A stretch of DNA of 32,000 bases from Phycisphaera mikurensis NBRC 102666 (GTDB lineage Bacteria; Planctomycetota; Phycisphaerae; Phycisphaerales; Phycisphaeraceae): assembly GCF_000284115.1 (NCBI RefSeq), contig NC_017080.1, forward strand, positions 2,010,001-2,042,000. The letters run 5' to 3'. Shown here in pieces: positions 1-7,008 of the stretch (positions are counted from its first letter, which is position 1; each line of letters starts with the position of its first letter). The position numbers and the translations under genes were made by a program. The notes beneath the pieces were generated by a model. That model saw only the letters and a list, made by a program, of their open reading frames with translations. It did not search any database and had not been told where the DNA came from.

Positions 1-429
1 CGCGACGCGGGGGTGCGGTCCGCGTTTCATCGGGGGAAGGCGATCTACCTCGCCCCGACCGGCGGCGACGCGGTCTTGCTCCACGGCGATTTCTACCCCG
101 GCTCGTGGCTGCGCACCGTCGCGGGGGTGAGGGTCATCGACCCGGAGTTCTGCTTCCACGGCGTGCCGGAGGTGGACGCCGGCATCGCGGTCGGCCACCT
201 CGCGCTCGCCGGCCGCTCCGTCGCCGAGGCGGAAGCCTTCCTCGGCGCGTACGGCCACCCGCTGAACGCCGAGACGCTGCGCGACCTCGCCGGCGTCGAG
301 GTCGTCCGCCGCCTGATCGGCGTCGCTCAGCTCCCGCTGGGCGGTTCGACGCCGCGGGTCGAGATGCTCGGGCGGGCGCAGGCCACGCTGGCCGCCTCCG
401 CCGATTGGCGCGGCCTGTTCGCGAGGTGA
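1..429 (+). CDS. Phosphotransferase (APH / methylthioribose-kinase-like), C-terminal part; 5' end lies outside the window
   Basis: The frame is open from nt 1, with no stop before the track ORF at 13. LLHGDFYPGSW resembles the catalytic-loop region of APH-type kinases. The tail AGVEVVRRLIGVAQLPL resembles MtnK-type C-termini. TGA at 427-429. Confidence 0.5.
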   Translation, partial: RDAGVRSAFHRGKAIYLAPTGGDAVLLHGDFYPGSWLRTVAGVRVIDPEFCFHGVPEVDAGIAVGHLALAGRSVAEAEAFLGAYGHPLNAETLRDLAGVEVVRRLIGVAQLPLGGSTPRVEMLGRAQATLAASADWRGLFAR

Positions 430-459
430 GAGGTTGCACGCGCGTACCTTCTTTCGCCC

Positions 460-2226
460 ATGATCCGCACCCTCCTCCTCGCGCTGCTCTTGGCTCTCGC
501 GGCTCCGCGGGTCCACGCCGCGCCCGCCGACGTCTGGCTCGACGTCGACACCGCCAACGGCGTCTACGACCCCGACGACGGGATCATGATGATCCAGGTC
601 TTCCACCGGCCCGACGTGTTCCGCGTCCGCGGCGTCAGCACGCTCTTCGGCAACGCCACGCTGGAGGAGGCCCAGCCCATCGCCGAGCACATCGTGCGGC
701 GGTACGGCCCCGAGGTGGGGGTCCACCGCGGCGCCGCCTCCGCCGAGGACTTCGGCCGCGAGACCGACGCCACCCGCGCCATGGCCGCCGCCCTCCGCGA
801 GAAGCCGATGCACGTGCTGGCCGTCGGCCCGGCGACCAACCTGGGCACGGTGCTCTCGCTGCACCCCGAGCTGGCCGACCGCGTGATCTCGGCGGTCATG
901 GTCGCCGGCCGCCGGCCGGGGCAGCGGTTCCAGTTCTCCGACGACCAGCCCGCCCCCTTCCGCGACGCCAACTTCGAGAAGGACGTGCCCGCGATGCGGG
1001 CGGTGCTCGACAGCGGCGTGAACCTCGTGCTCGCCCCCTGGGAGGTCACCCGCACCACCTGGCTCGACCCCGAGGGCCTGGCCGTGCTCCGCGAGAGCGG
1101 CGGGGCGGGCGCCTGGATCGAGGCGACCACGCGGTACTGGCTGCTCGGCTGGGCGGCGAACCTGGGCACCGAAGGCTTCACCCCCTTCGACACCCTCGCC
1201 GCCGGCTGGTTCACCGACCCCGGGCTCTACGCCGGGGTGCCGGTGAGCGTCGCGATCGTGGAGGGCCCCGACGACGGTGCCCGGCCCGTCGAGCCCCGCG
1301 TCGCGGGCGACCCCAAGCCGTTCCTCGAGGCGCGCGAGGTGCCCGAGGAGGCAGCCAACGGCTTCTACCTCGCCACCGTCGCCGACGCCTTCACCGGCCG
1401 CCTGCTCGAGGACCTCGCCGGCCGCACCGGCGAGCCCGGCCCGCCCTCGGACACGATCTGGCACCCCTCCCCGGGCACCGGGGGCCTCGACCCGTCCGCG
1501 TGGGACGCCGTGGCCTCCCGCTTCGTCACCGCCTCGGGCCGCTTCGACTACGCCGGCCTCGCCGCCGACCCCGACGGCCTCGCGCAGCTCGACGCGTACA
1601 TTGCCGCCGTCGCGGACGCCGACGTGCCCCGCCTCACCCGCGATGCGCACCTCGCCACCGCCATCAACGCGTACAACGCCTGGACGGTGAGGCTGATCCT
1701 CGACCACTTCGCCGAGGGCCGGCCGCCCGCCTCGATCATGGAGATCCCCGAGGACGAGCGCTGGAAGGCTGTCCGCTGGCGCTTCGGGGGGCAGCCGCTC
1801 AGCCTGGACATGCTCGAGCACCTGCTGATCCGCCCGTGGTTCGCGGAGCCGCGGATCCACTTCGCGCTCGTCTGCGCCGCCGCGAGCTGCCCGCCGCTGC
1901 GGGCCGGGGCGTACACGGCGGAGGGGCTTGACGCCCAGCTGGAGGAGCAGATGCGGCGGACGCACGGGCAGGCACCTTGGGTCGGCTTCGAAGCGGGCGA
2001 CGAGCAGGTGCGGCTGACGGCGCTCTACAAGTGGTACGGGCAGGACTTCGTCCCGGCGCTGACGCAGCCGGTGGAGCCGGACGAGCAGGCGTCGCTGCTG
2101 CCGGTGGTGGCCGGGTGGAACCCGACGCTCGCCGCCGCGCTGGACGCCGGAGCAACGCCGGCGATCGCCTGGTTGCCCTACAGCTGGGCGATCAACACGC
2201 CCGCGCTCGGGGAAGACGCCAAGTGA
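460..2226 (+). CDS. Secreted two-domain protein: IU-nucleoside-hydrolase-like N-domain fused to a DUF547 C-domain
   Basis: ATG at 460. Signal-like N-terminus MIRTLLLALLLALAAPRVHA. Asp cluster DVDTANGVYDPDDG is typical of the nucleoside hydrolase fold. The C-half carries DUF547 hallmarks: INAYNAWTV, RIHFALVCAAASCPPLR and LYKWYGQDF. Confidence 0.7.
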   Translation: MIRTLLLALLLALAAPRVHAAPADVWLDVDTANGVYDPDDGIMMIQVFHRPDVFRVRGVSTLFGNATLEEAQPIAEHIVRRYGPEVGVHRGAASAEDFGRETDATRAMAAALREKPMHVLAVGPATNLGTVLSLHPELADRVISAVMVAGRRPGQRFQFSDDQPAPFRDANFEKDVPAMRAVLDSGVNLVLAPWEVTRTTWLDPEGLAVLRESGGAGAWIEATTRYWLLGWAANLGTEGFTPFDTLAAGWFTDPGLYAGVPVSVAIVEGPDDGARPVEPRVAGDPKPFLEAREVPEEAANGFYLATVADAFTGRLLEDLAGRTGEPGPPSDTIWHPSPGTGGLDPSAWDAVASRFVTASGRFDYAGLAADPDGLAQLDAYIAAVADADVPRLTRDAHLATAINAYNAWTVRLILDHFAEGRPPASIMEIPEDERWKAVRWRFGGQPLSLDMLEHLLIRPWFAEPRIHFALVCAAASCPPLRAGAYTAEGLDAQLEEQMRRTHGQAPWVGFEAGDEQVRLTALYKWYGQDFVPALTQPVEPDEQASLLPVVAGWNPTLAAALDAGATPAIAWLPYSWAINTPALGEDAK

Positions 2227-2285
2227 GATTTGCTCACCATGAACCCGAGGAGCTGGAGGTCGGGCACGAGCGGTGGAGCCCGCGG

Positions 2286-2378
2286 ATGGGTCGGGTCGGC
2301 AAGATCTTTGCCTGGGCGATCCTCGCGATGATCGGGCTCGGCGTGCTCGCGATGATCTGGATGATCCTCGCGGGCTGA
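2286..2378 (+). CDS. Candidate 30-aa hydrophobic small membrane peptide
   Basis: Peptide MGRVGKIFAWAILAMIGLGVLAMIWMILAG. GGAG lies 7 nt upstream of the ATG. 28 of 30 codons end in G or C, as in genuine genes of this window. It lies 60 nt downstream of the DUF547 gene. No homology support. Confidence 0.35.
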   Translation: MGRVGKIFAWAILAMIGLGVLAMIWMILAG

Positions 2379-2382
2379 GGGT

Positions 2383-2805
2383 TCACCGCGACGCCGCGTC
2401 GAGCTCGACCAGATCGCGTGCGAGCAGCAGGCGGAGGAAGGCCGAGACGCTCTCCTGCGCTTCAGCGAAGGGCAGCTTGTGGGCCTCGGCGAAGGCCTCG
2501 ATCACCTCCTCCACGCGACGGCCGCGGCCGAGCAGCTCGTACACCTCCCGCCCGAGCGGGTCGAGGTCGACCGTGCGCGTCTGCGGCACCGGCACCACCC
2601 ACGAGATCGGCGGGAAGGCCCACCAGGGGCGGGCGGCCGGCCGCGTCACGCGGAGGCCGTCGCCCCGCGGCCGGGCCGTCGCCGCGGCGGCCGGGCGGGC
2701 GGTCGCGGCGAGCAGCCGCTGGGGCGTGTGGAGCGCCGCTTGGGCTTCGCGGCGCCGGGCCTGCTGGCGGGCGGCTTGCTGGCTCACGGGGCGGCGGTGC
2801 TTCAT
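2383..2805 (-). CDS. PqqD-family (RiPP-recognition-element-like) protein with a basic N-terminal extension
   Basis: The C-terminal ~85 aa, VDLDPLGREVYELLGRGRRVEEVIEAFAEAHKLPFAEAQESVSAFLRLLLARDLVEL, match the PqqD/RRE winged-helix pattern (xxGxxIWELxDGxRTVEEIxxxLxxxYxVxxxxAxxDVxxFLxxL). I chose the ATG at 2805 (MKHRRP...). The upstream part of the track ORF is Pro/Arg junk. Confidence 0.6.
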   Translation of the reverse strand: MKHRRPVSQQAARQQARRREAQAALHTPQRLLAATARPAAAATARPRGDGLRVTRPAARPWWAFPPISWVVPVPQTRTVDLDPLGREVYELLGRGRRVEEVIEAFAEAHKLPFAEAQESVSAFLRLLLARDLVELDAASR

Positions 2806-2864
2806 GCGGGCAGCGTCGCCGGCCGCGCCCGGCGGCGTCAAGCCGCACGCCGGCGGGCGTGGCG

Positions 2865-3761
2865 TCAGGCGGGCGGGAGCAGGCCGGCCGGGTCGGGCAG
2901 CTCCGCCCGCCGGGGGCCGCGGACGGTGACGCCGAGCACGGCCTGCTGGGCGGCGTCGTGCCAGAGGAGGTCGCGGCGGAGGCGGGCTCTGCCCGCGAGC
3001 CGGGCCCAAGGGCGGCACGGCTCGGGCCCCGCGGCGGCCACCGCGCCGGCCGGAGCCCCCGCCGCCGCGGGCACCGGCACCAGCCCCGGGGGCGTGCTCT
3101 CACCCAGCAGCGCCGCCGCATCGCCGCCGAACCAGGCGCTGGCCATGCCGCGCCGCCAGAAGCGGGCGGTCAGGCCGCCGGGGCCCGTGAACGCCAGGAC
3201 GGACGCGGCGGGGGTGTGGCGGACCGAAGCCGCCGCCCAGCCCGGCGGGGCGGCGGCGTCGAGGCCGAAGGCGGTCCACCGCGTGGCGTTGCCGGGGAGG
3301 GTCGCCGGCGCGGCGGAGGCCAGCAGCCGCAGCGTCTGCTCCGAGGGCACCCGGCCCCGGGCCCGGGGATCCAGCAGCACCGCGTCGACGAGCAGCCCGC
3401 CCACCGCGGCCACCGCATCGGTGCGGGTGCCGCCGGCGGGGGCGTCGCCGATCCAGCCGGACCAGCGGACCGGCGCCCGCCCCGGGTCCGCGGCCGGGCG
3501 ATCCGCGGGCAGCACCGCCTCCAGCGACCGCAGCTCGGGCGGCGGCTCCAGCGGGCCGCGTTCGCCGGCCGCGGCCTCCACCCGCTTCCGCCAGTCGCGG
3601 GCCAGGGCCGCGGCGTCGGGCGTCGGGCCGGCGGGCAACGCCGACCAGGTGAGCTGCAGCCGCTGCCGCCGGCGGTCGACCATCACCAGCCGCCCGGCCC
3701 GCCGGTTGAGGTCGTTCCGCACCGCCGCGAAGTCCACCGGCGCCTCGAAGGCCAGCCCCAT
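2865..3761 (-). CDS. Hypothetical protein (298 aa), unknown function
   Basis: Long ORF with a mixed amino-acid composition from MGLAFEAPVDFAAVRNDL onward. It ends 59 nt upstream of the PqqD-like gene on the same strand. Start chosen at the internal ATG at 3761. I recognise no motif. Confidence 0.45.
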   Translation of the reverse strand: MGLAFEAPVDFAAVRNDLNRRAGRLVMVDRRRQRLQLTWSALPAGPTPDAAALARDWRKRVEAAAGERGPLEPPPELRSLEAVLPADRPAADPGRAPVRWSGWIGDAPAGGTRTDAVAAVGGLLVDAVLLDPRARGRVPSEQTLRLLASAAPATLPGNATRWTAFGLDAAAPPGWAAASVRHTPAASVLAFTGPGGLTARFWRRGMASAWFGGDAAALLGESTPPGLVPVPAAAGAPAGAVAAAGPEPCRPWARLAGRARLRRDLLWHDAAQQAVLGVTVRGPRRAELPDPAGLLPPA

Positions 3762-3880
3762 CCACGCCCAGCGGCACCACGCGGCGGCTCGTGTTGGTTC
3801 GGGTGCCGGCAACCGGCGAGGGTACGGCCGGGCTTCTACCCTTCCCCCGGCCCGAACCCGTTCCCGTTCCCGGAGACAAC

Positions 3881-4432
3881 ATGCCGCTTCCCCGCACCCC
3901 GCTGCCGCTCCCGCTCGCCCTGCTCGCGGTCGCTCTGCCCGCACTCCACACGCAGGAGGCGCGGGGGAGCGAGGGCGACCCGCCGGCGAGGTTCAGCCCC
4001 GCGGCGCTCGCCGAGCGGAACACCGAGGTCGCCGGCCGCAGCGCCATCCCGCAGCCGGGCGAAGGCTTCCCCGCGCCGCTCGCTTTCGAGACGCGGGCGC
4101 CGGTGAAGATCCCCTTCGTGGCCGAGGGGCAGGTCGTGCCTTGGGAGGAGGCCGCCGGCTACGTCGGCGGCGACAGGATCGTGGTGCAGGGGACGATCGT
4201 CGACACGTACCAGGTCAACAACGGCCCCTGCCTGCTCAAGTTCGACGCGAAGGACCGCGACGCCTTCCTGATCGCGGCGTTCCTGGAGGGCGCACCGGGC
4301 CTGGCGGCGCCGCCGGCGGAGCTCTACCGCGGGAAGGTCGTCCGGGTGAGCGGGCCGGTGACGCCGTACAAGGGCAACCCGCAGATCGTCGTCAGCGACC
4401 CCTCGCAGATCGAGATCGTCGGGGTGCGCTGA
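3881..4432 (+). CDS. Secreted protein with C-terminal OB-fold-like domain
   Basis: ATG at 3881 gives the signal-like MPLPRTPLPLPLALLAVALPALHT. The C-terminus (VVQGTIVDTYQVNNGPCLLKF...YRGKVVRVSGPVTPYKGNPQIVVSDPSQIEIV) follows the pattern of small bacterial OB-fold domains. Confidence 0.55.
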   Translation: MPLPRTPLPLPLALLAVALPALHTQEARGSEGDPPARFSPAALAERNTEVAGRSAIPQPGEGFPAPLAFETRAPVKIPFVAEGQVVPWEEAAGYVGGDRIVVQGTIVDTYQVNNGPCLLKFDAKDRDAFLIAAFLEGAPGLAAPPAELYRGKVVRVSGPVTPYKGNPQIVVSDPSQIEIVGVR

Positions 4433-4603
4433 GCGCCGCCGCTTTGTCGCCGATTTCGGCGAGCGGGGCGGAGGGCGGATGCGTGCGAGGTCCGCGTGCC
4501 ATGGAGGCGCTTCGCGCCCGTCGCTCTGCCCCGGGCCGCGGGCAGCCGCCGCCCGGGCCGCGGGGGGCAAGGCTCCGGGAACCGCTGCGACGTCCGGGGC
4601 GCG

Positions 4604-4742
4604 GATGAGCGAGAAGCGGGGAGCCCGCGTGGTCGCGGCTTCGATTTGCTTCGGTTGCAATGAGCTTCTACATCGACGGAGTCGATGAGCCACCTGGGCG
4701 GGTGGCTCATTCACTCCGTGGATGTGGCGGCTGAGGCGAGCG
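4604..4742 (+). repeat. Repeat unit 1 (A-type)
   Basis: Contains GCGGG-GAG-CCCGC, then ttgcttcggttgcaatgagcttc, then the long hairpin centred on 4685-4710. An 84-nt micro-ORF at 4605-4688 encodes MSEKRGARVVAASICFGCNELLHRRSR. Confidence 0.85.
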
Positions 4743-4882
4743 GATGAGCTGGAAGCGGGGAACCACGCTTGATCGCGGCTTCGGGCCGTCTCGGTTGCAT
4801 TCGGCTTCTACATCGACGGAGTCGATGAGCCACCTGGGCGGGTGGCTCATCCACTCCGTGGATGTGGCGGCTTGGGGGCACG
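4743..4882 (+). repeat. Repeat unit 2 (B-type, 140 bp)
   Basis: Contains AAGCG...CGCTT, then gggccgtctcggttgcattcggcttc, then the hairpin at 4825-4850. One extra G in the G-run relative to unit 4 shifts the micro-ORF frame. Confidence 0.85.
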
Positions 4883-5021
4883 GATGAGCGGGAAGCGGGA
4901 AGCCCGCTTGGTCGCGGCTTCGGGTTGCTTCGGTTGCAATGAGCTTCTACATCGACGGAGTCGATGAGCCACCTGGGCGGGTGGCTCATCCACTCCGTGG
5001 ATGTGGCGGCTTGGGCGGACG
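4883..5021 (+). repeat. Repeat unit 3 (A-type)
   Basis: Contains AAGCGGG-AAG-CCCGCTT and the hairpin at 4964-4989. The micro-ORF at 4884-4967 encodes MSGKREARLVAASGCFGCNELLHRRSR. Confidence 0.85.
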
Positions 5022-5160
5022 GATGAGCTGGAAGCGGGAACCCCGCCCGGTCGCGGCTTCGGGCCGTCTCGATTGCATTCGGCTTCTACATCGACGGAGT
5101 CGATGAGCCACCTGGGCGGGTGGCTCATTCACTCCGTGGATGTGGCGGCGTAGGGGCGCA
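5022..5160 (+). repeat. Repeat unit 4 (B-type)
   Basis: Contains GCGGG-AAC-CCCGC and the hairpin at 5103-5128. The micro-ORF at 5023-5106 encodes MSWKREPRPVAASGRLDCIRLLHRRSR. Confidence 0.85.
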
Positions 5161-5262
5161 GATGAGCGGGAAGCGGGAAGCCCGCCCGGCTGCGGCTTCG
5201 GTCCGTTTCGGTTGCAGTCGGCTGCTAGATCGACGGAGCCGATGAGCCACCTGTGGGCGGAG
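5161..5262 (+). repeat. Repeat unit 5 (degenerate terminal copy)
   Basis: The 5' half is conserved. The 3' arm of the long hairpin is lost (gatgagccacctgtgggcggagaagcc). The micro-ORF at 5162-5245 is still open and encodes MSGKREARPAAASVRFGCSRLLDRRSR. Confidence 0.7.
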
Positions 5263-5327
5263 AAGCCGCGTGGTCGTGCTAGCCTCGGGCGTGGCCGTTC
5301 GGCCGATCCGTCGCCTCTTGATCGCCC

Positions 5328-6122
5328 ATGCCGAAGGACCCGCGCAATGCCCTGCTCGTCTCGCGTCTGGACGTCCACGCCGGCCTCTCGGTCTTCGGGG
5401 TGAAGCTCAAGGAGGGCCCGCCCCCGGCTTTCCTCCCCGGGCAGTACGCGACGCTGGGCATCGAGAACGCGGCGGGCAAGCTGGTCCGGCGCGCGTACTC
5501 CGTCGCGTCGGCCCCGGGCGCGGCGTACGACGCCGACGGCGTGCTGCACTTCTACGTGGTCAAGGTCGACGGCGGCGCGCTCACCCCGTCGCTCTTCGAC
5601 CTCCGCGTCGGCGACGAGCTCTTCCTCTCGCCGCGGCTGGGCGGCCACTTCGTGCTGGGGCCCGGCGACCCGGACCGGGACCTGGTGATGGTCGCCACCG
5701 GCACCGGCACCGCGCCCTTCCGCAGCATGCTGCGGGCCGAGGCGGCGCTGCCGCCGGCCGAACGCACCGGCCGCCGGCGCGTGCTCATCGAGGGCTGCCG
5801 CGTCGCCGAAGACCTCGGCTTCTTCGACGAGCTCAACGCGCTCGCCGCCGCGGATCCCGCGTTCGTCTACCTGCCGACGGTCACCCGCGAGCCCGATTCC
5901 TCCGCTTGGTCCGGCCGGCGCGGCCGCGTGAACGCGCTGCTGAAGCCCGACGCCTTTCTGGCCGCCGCCGGCTTCCCCCTCGATCCGGCAAGCACGGCCG
6001 TCTTCCTCTGCGGCAACCCGCAGATGATCGACCAGGCCGAGGAGGAGCTGACCGACCGCGGGTTCCGGGTCCGGGACCGGAAGAACCCGGACGGGAACGT
6101 GGTCTTCGAGCGGTACTGGTGA
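5328..6122 (+). CDS. fpr: Ferredoxin-NADP+ reductase (bacterial Fpr type)
   Basis: RAYSVAS matches the RxYS FAD-binding motif. MVATGTGTAPFRSM matches the GTGxAP NADP-binding motif. The C-terminus VVFERYW is typical of the family. ATG at 5328. Confidence 0.85.
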   Translation: MPKDPRNALLVSRLDVHAGLSVFGVKLKEGPPPAFLPGQYATLGIENAAGKLVRRAYSVASAPGAAYDADGVLHFYVVKVDGGALTPSLFDLRVGDELFLSPRLGGHFVLGPGDPDRDLVMVATGTGTAPFRSMLRAEAALPPAERTGRRRVLIEGCRVAEDLGFFDELNALAAADPAFVYLPTVTREPDSSAWSGRRGRVNALLKPDAFLAAAGFPLDPASTAVFLCGNPQMIDQAEEELTDRGFRVRDRKNPDGNVVFERYW

Positions 6123-6162
6123 GCGCGGGCGGGCTCCCGGGGGTGGGGTTGCGCGGATGGGG

Positions 6163-7008
6163 TCACGCGCCGGCCCGGCCGGCGGAGTGGGCCGGCGCCA
6201 CCCGGGGCTCCCGGTCCCGAGGCTCCTCGCTCGCTCCCCATCCGGCGGCGTTCTCAAACCGCACGCACTCGCCCGGCCGGGCCTGGGCGGCCCGGTCCAC
6301 CGACGCCTCGTCCAGGCAGCCGATCCGCGGGTAGCCGCCCAGCGTCGGGCGGCCGCGGAGGAAGATCACCGGGCCTGCCGGCGTGAGCTGCACGCAGCCG
6401 TCGGCGAGCGGGGCGGAGACGATCTCGCGCGGGGAGCAGCGCGGCGCCGGCAGCGAGCCGGCGGCTTCGAGGCGGAGGCCGGCGTCGGAGAGGTCCGGCG
6501 TGACCCGCCAGGGCCGGACGAACAAGCGGGAAGGGCGGTCGATCGTCGCCCACTCCGGGCCGGCGATCAGGCGGAGCACCCCCGGCGACGCGCGGGGCCG
6601 GCGGGCGGAGAGCGGGGGGAGCGGGGGCCACGCCCCGGCCATGTCCGCCGTCATCGCGAGGTAGGTCCGGAAGCCGCCCCCCGGTCGCGTGCCGCCAAGC
6701 CGCAGGATCTCGCCCGCCGCGGCCCGCTGGACCTGTGCGTGCGGGACCGGGCGCCCGGCCAGCCCCGCGTCCGGCCGCGGGGCGCCGGTGAGGACGAAGC
6801 GGGCGTCGCCCGCGAAGCGCAGCGGCGGGGCGGCCACGATCTCCAGCAACGCGGCGTCGGGCCCGAGCCCGAGCGCGGCGCGGGCCGCCCCGGCCGCGGC
6901 TCGGTCTTGCGCCCCGCCGGGCGCGTGGCCGAGGTCCTGGCGTCCCCACGCCGCCGCCGAGACCGTGCGCAGCACCCCGCTTCCCTCGGAGCTGAGACCG
7001 GCGATCAC
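6163..7008 (-). CDS. pxpC: 5-oxoprolinase subunit C (allophanate hydrolase subunit 2 / KipA family)
   Basis: Supporting segments: LEIVAAPPLRFAGDARFVLTGAP...ILRLGGTRPGGGFRTYLAM...LRLIAGPEW...PVIFLRGRPTLGGYPRIG. The GTG start at 7008 overlaps the pxpA stop as GTGA. The rest of the 584-aa track ORF is upstream junk. Confidence 0.75.
   Translation of the reverse strand: MIAGLSSEGSGVLRTVSAAAWGRQDLGHAPGGAQDRAAAGAARAALGLGPDAALLEIVAAPPLRFAGDARFVLTGAPRPDAGLAGRPVPHAQVQRAAAGEILRLGGTRPGGGFRTYLAMTADMAGAWPPLPPLSARRPRASPGVLRLIAGPEWATIDRPSRLFVRPWRVTPDLSDAGLRLEAAGSLPAPRCSPREIVSAPLADGCVQLTPAGPVIFLRGRPTLGGYPRIGCLDEASVDRAAQARPGECVRFENAAGWGASEEPRDREPRVAPAHSAGRAGA

Larger units (their letters stand above)
4604..5262 (+). 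repeat. Tandem array of ~139-bp structured repeat units (4 full units plus 1 degenerate), alternating A/B subtypes
   Basis: The GATGAGC unit starts lie at 4604, 4743, 4883, 5022 and 5161, giving periods of 139/140/139/139. A perfect 10-bp-stem hairpin ATGAGCCACC-TGGGCG-GGTGGCTCAT occurs at 4685-4710, 4825-4850, 4964-4989 and 5103-5128, and is degenerate at 5242. The array fills the intergenic space between the OB-fold gene and fpr. Confidence 0.9.

Noticed and set aside
4447-4462. Hairpin TCGCCG-ATTT-CGGCGA just after the OB-fold gene stop, as an intrinsic terminator
   Set aside because: The stem is only 6 bp with no downstream T-tract, which is not enough to annotate. A similar weak hairpin after exoD (about 26957-26982) was left out for the same reason.
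105-4608. Very long plus-strand ORFs (105..1931, 2418..4106, 2479..4608) rich in Arg/Pro/Gly/Ala
   Set aside because: These are typical off-frame or antisense ORFs of a stop-codon-poor GC-rich genome. They overlap genes that have clear family motifs and have no domain-like content.
4324-5128. Minus-strand ORFs repeating MSHPPRWLIDSVDVE(A/E)... (track ORFs 4324..4710, 4711..4989, 4847..5128, and the tail of 4986..6257), which look like a paralogous protein family.
   Set aside because: They are a by-product of the DNA repeat. The 139/140-bp period is not a multiple of 3. The ORFs overlap one another in different frames. Their ATG is simply the 3' arm of the conserved hairpin (GGTGGCTCAT read in reverse). 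The rest is Arg/Pro/Ser-rich, low-complexity, junk-like sequence.
4680-5130. Hammerhead-ribozyme-like CGATGAG motif next to a stem
   Set aside because: The ATGAG is itself base-paired in the stem. There is no CUGAUGA...GAAA core arrangement or three-way junction.
4604-5262. CRISPR array
   Set aside because: The units are about 139 bp and directly abut each other, with no unique spacers. There are no cas genes in the window.
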